Origin: Solirubrobacteraceae bacterium
GTDB lineage: Bacteria; Actinomycetota; Thermoleophilia; Solirubrobacterales; Solirubrobacteraceae
Reading direction: 5' to 3'
NCBI GenBank assembly: GCA_035995645.1
Contig: DASYKG010000082.1
Span: 14,205-78,204 of the forward strand
Length of the DNA stretch: 64,000 nucleotides
Made by a program: the position numbers and the translations under genes. The notes below the pieces were generated by a model. The model made no database searches. It was not told the DNA's origin and worked only from the letters and a program-made list of their open reading frames with translations. Of the stretch, positions 38,701 through 46,406 are shown in pieces. The first letter of the stretch is position 1; each line of letters starts with the position of its first letter.

Positions 38701-41110
38701 GCGCGTAGTCCTCAATGAACCCGACATACTCCGGCTCCTCTGCGCGCAGCCAAAGCAGTGCCTGCCGGGCCTCCTGGCTCGTATTCTCTCCCCGCGCGCT
38801 CGCGAGCGCGAGGTCTACTCTCGATTGGGCCCCTGTTTCGCGCAGAACTGTCGTCACGACGAGCTGGCGCACGAGATCGCGGTAGTGCGATACCTCCAAG
38901 CCAGCGGATAGCTTTGCGGCATCCATCCGGCTGTCAGAGAACAGGACGAGTTTGCGGTTATCGTCCATATGTCTCAGCAGTTGGTCGCCTAGCACCTGGT
39001 TGGCCTTTTCGAATCCCATCCCCATGCTCCTGATTGAAGAGCGCGTGCGGGCGCGATCCTCGACAGACCGTTCGGTCCGGCCAGACCAACGTCGCTCTGA
39101 TTCATCTCCGCAGCTTGGGCAAAAAATCGGCATCGAGTTGATTTGATCGAGCTGGAGGGCCTCTGGATCCGCCCCGTTCACCCCTTGAACGTGAAACGTC
39201 CAGCCGGTGTACCCCTGAGCGCGGTTCTCGACCTGCCCAACGTGGGGCTCGTAGACGGACTTCCGGAACCCAAAGTGGTAGGCACCGCGGTTCCAGTGAG
39301 GGTTGGCGTAGGGAACCTCGGGGTCCTCACGCTGTGGCCAGTACAGCATGTAGGTGGTGGCATTCTGACCGAGCCGGGCCCGCTCAGGGATGCCCTCCAA
39401 ATCGGGGGAGTCCGGGAACAACTGCCACGAGAGCGAGTCCGGGTCCTGGGTGTAGTAGCCGCCGAGAAATACGTCCCCGCACGTCTCGCAGTAGAGGAAC
39501 TCGAGGACCCGCGCGCCGCAGTGATCGCAGTGATACCGCGGCTGGTCATAGAGTCGCCCGATATTCCGGCGAGCCTCGCTCTGGCCTGGTATGCAGTCCC
39601 CATTGGAGCATGCCCAGACCCCGAGCACGGTTCGCACAAACAGATGTCCGCGGACACGCCCGCCGGCCCGCCCTACGGAGTCCACCAGCCCATAGACGGC
39701 CTGGTTCCGCACCTCGCGGTCGTGCTCGCCAGGCATCAGCCGCTCGCCAATATGATCGATGCTGCGGGCGGCGGGGCGCCCGTCGTCTGCTACGCACGCA
39801 CGGTCGAGCGCGGAGCCAAGCCTGAGTGCTTGCGCTAGCGCCGTAGCCGCCTCGGCAGAAGCCCCGCTGATCTCACTCAGCTGGTCTACGTATGGCGTTA
39901 GGTCCTCGGGTCCCAGCTCGGCCTCCAGTGGCTCTCCCGGCCAAATATCGAATCGGTCAATCGGCTGCGCGAAGAAGCCCTCGATAAACCGCTTGTCTCG
40001 CTGCCCGTCCAGCGAAGCGCTAGTCGCGAGCACGCGGAGCTTCTCTGGTCTGCGGATCAGGTCGAGGCGATGCAGCAAATTCCGAAGCAAATAGGCGACC
40101 TCGCTGCCCTGAGTTCCGCGATACATGTGAAGCTCGTCAATCACCAGCGTGAAGACGCTGTCATCCAAATCGAGCCACGCACGAGTCGCCTCAAAGACGT
40201 TGGTGTCGCGCTGCCGCCGCAACAGGATGTTCAGCATCGAGTAGTTGGTAATAAGCAGATCCGGCGGCGCATCCTGAATGTCCCAGCGGCTTCGCATCTC
40301 TGCTCCGTCAAGGCGGGGGATGTATAGCGACACGTCCTGGTTCCGGACTGGGTTATCCGCTTCGAGCTGAATCGCCCGCGCAGACGCAGCGGCGGCCTCA
40401 CTGAGCTGCCCACGGAGCTGGTTCACCGCAGACTCCGTGGCGGGGCTCCCGGTGCCGGGCGTTTGGCTTGTGTAGCGACCGAAGTAAAAGCGATGCCCTG
40501 GCCGCTCGGCCTCGAACCACTGCCTTGCGGTTGGACCGTCGAGGGCTCGGCGGAGGCGCACCATCTGATCCTCCACCAACGCATTCATCGGGTAGAGGAT
40601 CAACGCCCGCACGGCCTTCGGGCGGCCCGGGCCTTCCTCGCGCTGCGAGTGCCAGGTCTCTTTGCCGGTCCACCAGTCGTCGCCGACGGGGGCCGGGTCA
40701 GTCCACCCCGTCGACTCGGCAACCAGCTGCGCGAGGATCGGTAGGAGAAACGACTCGGTCTTACCCGAGCCTGTTCCTGCGGTCACTACCGAGCACCTGC
40801 CGGCGATCGCGGAGCGCAACATCTGCTGCTGATGAAGACGGAGCGACGGCGCTCCCGCCATCAGGCCGGCAGCGACGAAGTCGGCAAGCTCCGACGGTGC
40901 GCCAGCGTCGATCAGTCCTTGGCGGACATCGCCCGAGGCGCTCTTCCACTCCCTTATCGGCTCAACGTATGGCTGTCGCCACGCGACGCCGTCCGTATCC
41001 AGTATCTCGCGTCTTTCTGTCTCGAGCTCGGTGCTACGAAGGCCGAACGGGGTGTCGTAGTACCGGAACAGGCCGGATCTAAGAGATTCGAAGATGGAGT
41101 CGAGTTTCAT
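35735..41110 (-). CDS. DEAD/DEAH helicase with DUF1998 (DruE-like), 1791 aa
   Basis: AGTGSGKTESF, IDELH, ATSAS, TTTMEVGVDIG, QRVGRAGRRG; C-terminal CDSSCYGCLRAYEN. Confidence 0.92.
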   Translation of the reverse strand: MKLDSIFESLRSGLFRYYDTPFGLRSTELETERREILDTDGVAWRQPYVEPIREWKSASGDVRQGLIDAGAPSELADFVAAGLMAGAPSLRLHQQQMLRSAIAGRCSVVTAGTGSGKTESFLLPILAQLVAESTGWTDPAPVGDDWWTGKETWHSQREEGPGRPKAVRALILYPMNALVEDQMVRLRRALDGPTARQWFEAERPGHRFYFGRYTSQTPGTGSPATESAVNQLRGQLSEAAAASARAIQLEADNPVRNQDVSLYIPRLDGAEMRSRWDIQDAPPDLLITNYSMLNILLRRQRDTNVFEATRAWLDLDDSVFTLVIDELHMYRGTQGSEVAYLLRNLLHRLDLIRRPEKLRVLATSASLDGQRDKRFIEGFFAQPIDRFDIWPGEPLEAELGPEDLTPYVDQLSEISGASAEAATALAQALRLGSALDRACVADDGRPAARSIDHIGERLMPGEHDREVRNQAVYGLVDSVGRAGGRVRGHLFVRTVLGVWACSNGDCIPGQSEARRNIGRLYDQPRYHCDHCGARVLEFLYCETCGDVFLGGYYTQDPDSLSWQLFPDSPDLEGIPERARLGQNATTYMLYWPQREDPEVPYANPHWNRGAYHFGFRKSVYEPHVGQVENRAQGYTGWTFHVQGVNGADPEALQLDQINSMPIFCPSCGDESERRWSGRTERSVEDRARTRSSIRSMGMGFEKANQVLGDQLLRHMDDNRKLVLFSDSRMDAAKLSAGLEVSHYRDLVRQLVVTTVLRETGAQSRVDLALASARGENTSQEARQALLWLRAEEPEYVGFIEDYARGFPLELSDLDLAQRALVRLSSGATQLPSLQREAARALLRLGINPAGPTYSLSGYGSGREHPWHTIYDWNVSPPRAKPQAELDQEAVELREEIDTAMLEEIVNSMFSGSSRDIESISLAHTAPDPALRLSTPPGMSEDAFADVVAGALRILGQRRRFTGLRNPNDAPPGYLRRWLTAVGDRHGVPQEVLIERLSSSLGDQLQSWLLERHALWIKPGGQLQWRCDNCSRVHLHSAGGICTYCNRPLGDPVSRTATGENYYAWLATEAGDPFRLHCEELTGQTGRDESARRQRAFQGVFLNDEQELVTAIDLLSVTTTMEVGVDIGALRGVMMANMPPMRFNYQQRVGRAGRRGDPLALALTVCRGRSHDDYYFDHPEKITGDPPPAPYIDLSRPEILQRVLASEVLRQAFWQLSLEDEVELGSNVHGQFGACGRWRAQGGGRGHGSFVRDWVSTHAAAIQAAVAALLEGSDLESQAATLMAWTGTDMLDAVDQIAEANHADADLSQALAEGGLLPMFGFPTRVRYLYHDYPKGRSLPPKGVIDRDIEIAVSQFAPGAETPKDKAVHTAVGIGAWELYGGRWQYHEDPLGPQEELLYCRACLHVEPLAEGAPQACPVCGETDPRFGPITLRQPEGFITDMRPRNYDGQFEWRPAASGGRLVPGAVSRVVEVDNLEARVGADYLYVLNDNSGAGFRLAPAVNSNINGWFSVDLKEASARQYRIPDLRDDATVTVALGSRFRTDTLLLSPVDVPSKLLLDPSRLESGVAARATLYSAGFLVREAAARQLDVQGRELRVGLWFEPRPGQAARGWIFLADALENGAGYCTHLGSHSELTKLIESTGAYLTELEDEERHRCDSSCYGCLRAYENQAYHALLDWRLARDWVDLARGRDLDTSRWAEMEADVARAFATAFDAECEQLDGDVWLIRFYGRSILVNHPMENPDESFWSNRLSLAAADAEDRALVSGLGSLEIVSSFDLLRRPGKIAAGG

Positions 41111-42000
41111 TGCGTTGAGATGCGCCCCAGTTCCTGCTCTAGCGATTCGGCGATCCTAACCGCCAGCCACTCGGGTACGTTCACGTAAATGATGTCCCCG
41201 TGATCGTTCCAACCCGGGCGCAGCCCGCTGCATAGCGCGGACGCCCGCGCGTGCAGTACGGGCAACGGCAGCATCCAGGGCGCGAAGAGCGTGCCGTTCG
41301 TGCCATCGGGCTGCCAGTAGAGCAAGTCGGCGGCTCCGAGGCGACGAGCCTCCGCCCAAGTCCCCACCGCCAGATCGACCTTGTAGCGTGCCCCATCATC
41401 GTCAGCGAACTGCATGCGCCGTGGCCCGGCCACGTCGTAGAGATACAGCCCCGGGTCGGTGTCGCCATCAACGCGCACGAAATTCTCGTCGAGATCGAAG
41501 CGCTCAACTCCGTAGTAAATGGCCATCGGAGGCTCGAGATATGGCCGCAGCATCGCGTCAAGCGGTGGCAAGACATCGGCCAGTCGCCCGGCAACCGAGT
41601 GGGCGAACGGCAGCTCGAATTGGCTAGCCAGACGCTCTAGCGCTTGCTCGGAGTCCGAAGCGACGAAGCACGCATCCGGCGCAGCGTGCTGGGTGCGGAG
41701 GTCCACGAAGATATCCGGCTCCTCAAGAGAGTTGAGTGACGTCGTCAGCCGGGCTGTTCTTGCGCCCACGACGAGACCGTAGCCAGCTGCGTCCGGAAGC
41801 AGCGTGACCGTGGGGCGCACCGCGCCCCAGCGTGCCCCGGGCCAGTCCACCTCGAGGTGGCCTAGTGCCGACATGACCCTGAGGGTCCGGAGCGCAGGCA
41901 CTTCCTCGCCGGTCGCCCAGGCATGGGCGCTCTCGAAGTCCGCAAGGGTGCCGGACCCCCGCTCCGCCGTCCAGTGGAGTAGCTGCTCAAACCCATTCAT
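41107..42000 (-). CDS. Hypothetical protein (DruG position)
   Basis: ATGA overlaps at both ends; LSALGHLEVDW-like motif; no recognisable catalytic motif. Confidence 0.75.
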   Translation of the reverse strand: MNGFEQLLHWTAERGSGTLADFESAHAWATGEEVPALRTLRVMSALGHLEVDWPGARWGAVRPTVTLLPDAAGYGLVVGARTARLTTSLNSLEEPDIFVDLRTQHAAPDACFVASDSEQALERLASQFELPFAHSVAGRLADVLPPLDAMLRPYLEPPMAIYYGVERFDLDENFVRVDGDTDPGLYLYDVAGPRRMQFADDDGARYKVDLAVGTWAEARRLGAADLLYWQPDGTNGTLFAPWMLPLPVLHARASALCSGLRPGWNDHGDIIYVNVPEWLAVRIAESLEQELGRISTQ

Positions 42001-44051
42001 CAGGCGCCGCACTCGCTCTGGAGGAGCTCTGCCGCGGCCTGGTAGTCGTCCCAAAGCTCTGGATCGCCCTCGGCCAGCTCTGCCGCAAGCAGCAGACGGA
42101 CCCAATCTGAGGCATCGTCATCAGCCGCCAGATCGCCGGGCGGAAGACTGGCCCGCGCCCGTGCCTTGAGCTCACCGGATGGCCAGCGCTCGACTGAGTA
42201 CTGAACGGGGAACTCTGCCCAGGCCTCGTAGAGGTGTCCCGTCAATCCTTGCTCAACCATCCACGCCGGCATCGCCGGCTTCGTAACTGAGACAAGCTCT
42301 CCAGAATGCCGACCGAGCAGCCATGCTTGTTCGGCGTGGCGTCGCAGCAACACTGGCGCCTCCCCCCAGCGATCGTCGGCGCCGCCCACATCCGGCCCGG
42401 CCACGACGATCGCAGTGTCGTTGGCGTCCTCAATTCGAGCCAATACGCGGTGAGCAGAGAGTTGGCCGCCCTTGTCGCGCTCAATCACGTGTCCAGGCTG
42501 GGCGTGCGCCGGCGGAATGACCAGGTGAGATTCAACCATCCGGACGGTGCGGGTAATCACGCCCCCGTAGTCGACGACGTGGGAAGCCGCGTCATCCTTC
42601 GATAGGTGGTCGGCAAGTCTGACTTTGTCCGCCCGATTGCTGATCTGCCGGCCGTCCAGCGCGAGCCAGAGCGTATCCTCGGTCGTCGGGGGCAGCCAGA
42701 CGTCCGGCGCGCCGCCGCTCAGGTAGCTGCCGGCCAGAGCAAGCGGAAGCCCGCCGCGGAGCGCGAACCGATGCTTCAATGTCGGGCGGCGGCCCGCAAG
42801 TGCTCCTTCGAGTACCTCGTCGCCCTGCAAGACGATGTCGCCGTACAAACTCCACGCAGCAAAAGTGCCGGGCGCTCGCTGCGCCGTGATCGGCTCCGTG
42901 CTCCAGCGCTCCAGCTGCTGCCGCACCTGGTCCGCCGCGGACGGTGCGGCCAGAACAAAATGCCTTTCGCCCGGCACAAAAGCGCTTACCGACGCCCATC
43001 CTCCCAGCTCCTCATCTAGCTGCAGCACGTGGACCTCGCTGCCGGGAAAAGTGAGGCGGCATGTCTCATCGCCCAGCATTCCACCGCGCAGCAAGTACCG
43101 CGGGTCGCTGCCCCCAACAACGAAGACGCCATCGTCGACAGCTGCCGAGCATGTCGCTCCGCCAAGCTGTCCGGCGACGCGATCTGGATAGCCGTCGGGC
43201 TGCAGCGCTTGGAGCGACACGCTGCCCGGCCTCCGCAGTCGCACCACCACGCGCAGCGCGGCAGCTCGAGTGCTCGTCCGATCGAAGCGCGTGCCATCCC
43301 AGTGGTGAGCGTATGCCCCGAGGATGCGGCCAAGGGTCGGCCAGAATTGCTCATCCTCGAGCAGGCGGTTCGCCCCAGCACTTAATGACTCCTCGGGGGC
43401 CCAAGCGCGGAAATACAGAACGAGGACGTCCTCATCGACCGCCTCGTCAGGATCGAGCTGAATCCAGTGGAAGAAGTCATCGAGGCGCCTGACGTCCGAC
43501 CCGAGGAACAGCGTTTGTGATAACGGTCGCCCGATATGTGTAAACGGAGCGTTCTCAATGACGGTAGAGATGCCTCGCGAACCTCCGAGCCGTTCGTCGA
43601 GCCACCAGCTGTAAACGCTCCAGAGATAGTCGAGTGAATCGCCGAAGCCGCTCGGAGTGCCCGGCTCGGCGATCCCGAGGAGACTCCGAAGCTGAGCGTA
43701 GTAGTTGTTAGGTGCGTAGTTCCCGGTGCCCATGCGTGTGGCCGCGAGAACGCAAACCGCAAGGAGATCCAGGAACGGCGGCGATCCGACGCCGCCGTCG
43801 AGCTTCCACCGGCGACCTTCGCGCTCAATCCGGTGGAAGTAACCATTGTGATTGCCAGGTAACCCGAGTCGACGCCGTACCGTCTCCAGGACCGAGTCGA
43901 CGGCATCGTCCGCCTCTCCGCTGAAGATGTCGCCGAGCACCTCCTCGTCAATGAAGAAGAGCACAGGCAAACCCGCGGACCGCTCCGTAAAGAAACGGCC
44001 CTCCAGGGCACGACACCAATCCTCGCGAGTCCAGCTCGTAGTGCTCCCCAT
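42000..44051 (-). CDS. Hypothetical protein (DruF position; start could be as far up as 44132)
   Basis: Long open frame (710 aa from 44132); PPFLDLLAVCVLAATRM...NYYAQL...HIGRPLSQ; coupled to the next gene. Confidence 0.78.
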   Translation of the reverse strand: MGSTTSWTREDWCRALEGRFFTERSAGLPVLFFIDEEVLGDIFSGEADDAVDSVLETVRRRLGLPGNHNGYFHRIEREGRRWKLDGGVGSPPFLDLLAVCVLAATRMGTGNYAPNNYYAQLRSLLGIAEPGTPSGFGDSLDYLWSVYSWWLDERLGGSRGISTVIENAPFTHIGRPLSQTLFLGSDVRRLDDFFHWIQLDPDEAVDEDVLVLYFRAWAPEESLSAGANRLLEDEQFWPTLGRILGAYAHHWDGTRFDRTSTRAAALRVVVRLRRPGSVSLQALQPDGYPDRVAGQLGGATCSAAVDDGVFVVGGSDPRYLLRGGMLGDETCRLTFPGSEVHVLQLDEELGGWASVSAFVPGERHFVLAAPSAADQVRQQLERWSTEPITAQRAPGTFAAWSLYGDIVLQGDEVLEGALAGRRPTLKHRFALRGGLPLALAGSYLSGGAPDVWLPPTTEDTLWLALDGRQISNRADKVRLADHLSKDDAASHVVDYGGVITRTVRMVESHLVIPPAHAQPGHVIERDKGGQLSAHRVLARIEDANDTAIVVAGPDVGGADDRWGEAPVLLRRHAEQAWLLGRHSGELVSVTKPAMPAWMVEQGLTGHLYEAWAEFPVQYSVERWPSGELKARARASLPPGDLAADDDASDWVRLLLAAELAEGDPELWDDYQAAAELLQSECGA

Positions 44052-44233
44052 TCCAAGCGTCGATGAGACTGCCGTCAGGCTAAGGCAACGATTTGGCCTC
44101 GGCGTTTTGGGACTTCTCGTGGCAATGTACACGGACTAAGGAACGGACTCGTCCCACTACTCGCCACCGGATCGATGCCGAGGCGTTGGCGGGGGCCCGC
44201 CTGCCAAGTGATGTGTCCAGAGCGGTGATCCGG

Positions 44234-44665
44234 CTAGGACTGAGCGGCGTGGACCTCACCGAGCACTCGGTCCGCGACCTCGTGAGTGGGCTCGTGCTCC
44301 CATGCGTGTATCACGCGCCAGCCAGCGTGCGCGAGCACGGCGTCGACGCGGCGGTCCCGGGCGATGTTGCGCTTCAGCTTGGGCTCCCAATAGCCGACGT
44401 TGCGGGCCGGGACATTGCCGTGTACTGGGCACGAATGCCAGAAGCACCCGTCGATGAAGACAGCGATCCGCCATCGCGTAAACACCACGTCTGCACGCAC
44501 TCGAAGATCGTCAAGCCGAATGGGATAATCAACTCGAAACCGAGCCCCTCGCGCATGGAGCATTGATCTGAGCGCGCGCTCCGGCCGAGTATCCCGACGA
44601 CGGTTGCGGCGCATCCTTGCCGACACGGCTGAGTCGAGGGGCTCAGGGTAGGAGACCGCGCCCAC
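44234..44665 (-). CDS. vsr: Very short patch repair endonuclease
   Basis: SARMRRNRRRDTRPE, RADVVF, IDGCFWHSCP, WEPKLKRNIARD, WEHE. Confidence 0.93.
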   Translation of the reverse strand: MGAVSYPEPLDSAVSARMRRNRRRDTRPERALRSMLHARGARFRVDYPIRLDDLRVRADVVFTRWRIAVFIDGCFWHSCPVHGNVPARNVGYWEPKLKRNIARDRRVDAVLAHAGWRVIHAWEHEPTHEVADRVLGEVHAAQS

Positions 44666-45916
44666 TCAGCGTCCCTCGAGCGGCGCCACGACCCTGCGGG
44701 GGGATGGGCCTCGCCCAGCCCCCGGGTGATCGGCATGCTGTGCTCGTCGCTCGAGGTATTGGGCAGGTACCGGCGCGAACTGCTCCGGAGGTGGGCAGTC
44801 GTCGCGCGCTTTGGGCACAAGTGGGACTCGGGGAGATAGCGCCTGTCCGAACACCTCGCGTCGAATCTGCAGCCCGAGCGCCTCGCCTACTGGCGGCGGA
44901 ACGGCATTGCCAACCTGGCGGTGCGCCGACGCCGCGTTTCCCGCGAACGACCACTCCTCTGGGAAGCACTGAAGCCTTGCCAGCTCGTCGATCCCGAGGC
45001 GCCGACTCCGCCAGTGGAAAGGTCCTGTCGCCGGGCCGGCCTGAGCCTGGATCGTCCACGAAGGTCGCGCCTTCGCTAGCTTCAGGAGGAAGCTCCAGTA
45101 GCGCGTACGCCATCCGAACAGAGGCTCGCCGGTGCCGCGAGGCGTGTGATGCAAATAGTTACATCCCTCTGGGATGCTCGGCAGCAGTTCAGCCCAAACG
45201 CCACGCGGCCGAAGTGCCGGATCGAACTCAGGGTCATCGAGATGTCCGATCGCGTCCCACGCGGTCATGTATCTCTCGACCGCCGCACTGCCGTTGGCTG
45301 CTCTCGCCGCGGGCCCGTGCGTCGCAGCCGGTCTGCTCAGACCCGAGCCATCGCGTGCGGCAAAGACGAAAACTCGCTCCCGATGTTGGGGGATCCCGTA
45401 ATCCGCGGCGTCAACAAGAAGCAGGTATGGCTCGTACGCGGTGCCATTGCGCCGATTGATGCGCGCAAGGGAACTTCGCAATACATCGAGACCCTCGTAC
45501 GGCTGCGTGACGCGCTTCCTCGCTGCCGTAATGCCCTTGACGTTCTCAAGCAACATCGCCTGCGGCAGCGTTGCCTCAAGGACACGGAAGTACGCCTCGA
45601 GTGTCCTTGCGCGGGGGTCGCGCATCCGCTTGGCAGCGTTATCGTGCCACTGCGCCGACTTCGAGAAAGGCTGGCAGGGAGGCCCACCGGCGAGTAGGAC
45701 CACCTCGCCCTTCGTTACGCCGAACGTACTGAGCACATCACTGGCGCGAAGGCCGTGAATATCGCCCGTCTGAGCCAGCGACCATTCAGCACGGTTCGTG
45801 CGAAGCGTCTGCTGACAGTCGGGATCGACCTCGATGCAGCCAGCAATCGAGAACCCTGCGCGCTCGAGCCCTACGTCGAGCCCTCCGGCACCGGTGAACA
45901 GCGAGAGAACCTTCAT
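44666..45916 (-). CDS. DNA (cytosine-5) methyltransferase (DruM position)
   Basis: Motifs FTGAGG, GGPPCQPFS, ENVKG, QHRERVF, RQVGNAVPP. Confidence 0.95.
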   Translation of the reverse strand: MKVLSLFTGAGGLDVGLERAGFSIAGCIEVDPDCQQTLRTNRAEWSLAQTGDIHGLRASDVLSTFGVTKGEVVLLAGGPPCQPFSKSAQWHDNAAKRMRDPRARTLEAYFRVLEATLPQAMLLENVKGITAARKRVTQPYEGLDVLRSSLARINRRNGTAYEPYLLLVDAADYGIPQHRERVFVFAARDGSGLSRPAATHGPAARAANGSAAVERYMTAWDAIGHLDDPEFDPALRPRGVWAELLPSIPEGCNYLHHTPRGTGEPLFGWRTRYWSFLLKLAKARPSWTIQAQAGPATGPFHWRSRRLGIDELARLQCFPEEWSFAGNAASAHRQVGNAVPPPVGEALGLQIRREVFGQALSPRVPLVPKARDDCPPPEQFAPVPAQYLERRAQHADHPGAGRGPSPRRVVAPLEGR

Positions 45917-46240
45917 CCGTGCGGGCGCGGGCAGCAACTCGTGACGTTGCCTGCCTCGCCTAGGCGTCGCAACGCATGAAGAACCAGCATCGCGGATGAA
46001 GTACAGCACTTAGGCCGGCTGGATGTATCTGGGCGCGCGACCATGTATTCCGGTGCAAACCGCCGCCGTGCCGGTCACGCCAGTCCTTCGGCCCGGGGCC
46101 AACGCTCGAGACCCGGTGCCGAGTCGTTGCTATCCCGCCCGAGATATCCGCCTGAACTAATCGCTACGAGCCGCCGCCGACCGTCCCCCTAGGCACCTGA
46201 GGCAGTCATGCTGGACCTGGGCGCGACAACTGCTTGTACC

Positions 46241-46260
46241 AGGCGCCCCACAGGCGCCCC
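46241..46260 (+). repeat. Candidate integrase arm-binding tandem repeat (distal att)
   Basis: AGGCGCCCCACAGGCGCCCC, 84 bp before the tRNA-Cys 3' copy. Confidence 0.7.
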
Positions 46261-46344
46261 AAACTACCGATTTCGAGCGTCATCTGAGGGCACCTGAGGT
46301 CCCCCAAAACCGCATAGGAAAGCCAAACACCCTTGCCAGCCTGA

Positions 46345-46387
46345 CTGCAAAGCCGTTTACACCGGTTCGATTCCGGTCGTCGCCTCT
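46345..46387 (+). mobile_element. att core: 43-bp duplicate of the tRNA-Cys 3' half, inverted relative to the tRNA
   Basis: CTGCAAAGCCGTTTACACCGGTTCGATTCCGGTCGTCGCCTCT is the reverse complement of 30338-30380. Confidence 0.93.
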
Positions 46388-46406
46388 GCCGCCAAGCAGC
46401 GACCGC

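Larger units (their letters stand above)
15485..46387. mobile_element. Composite decayed genomic island(s) at tRNA-Val and tRNA-Cys
   Basis: att duplicates, arm repeats, integrase fragments, many pseudogenes, defence cargo, and visibly lower GC and different codon use than the flanks (judged by eye). Confidence 0.75.
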
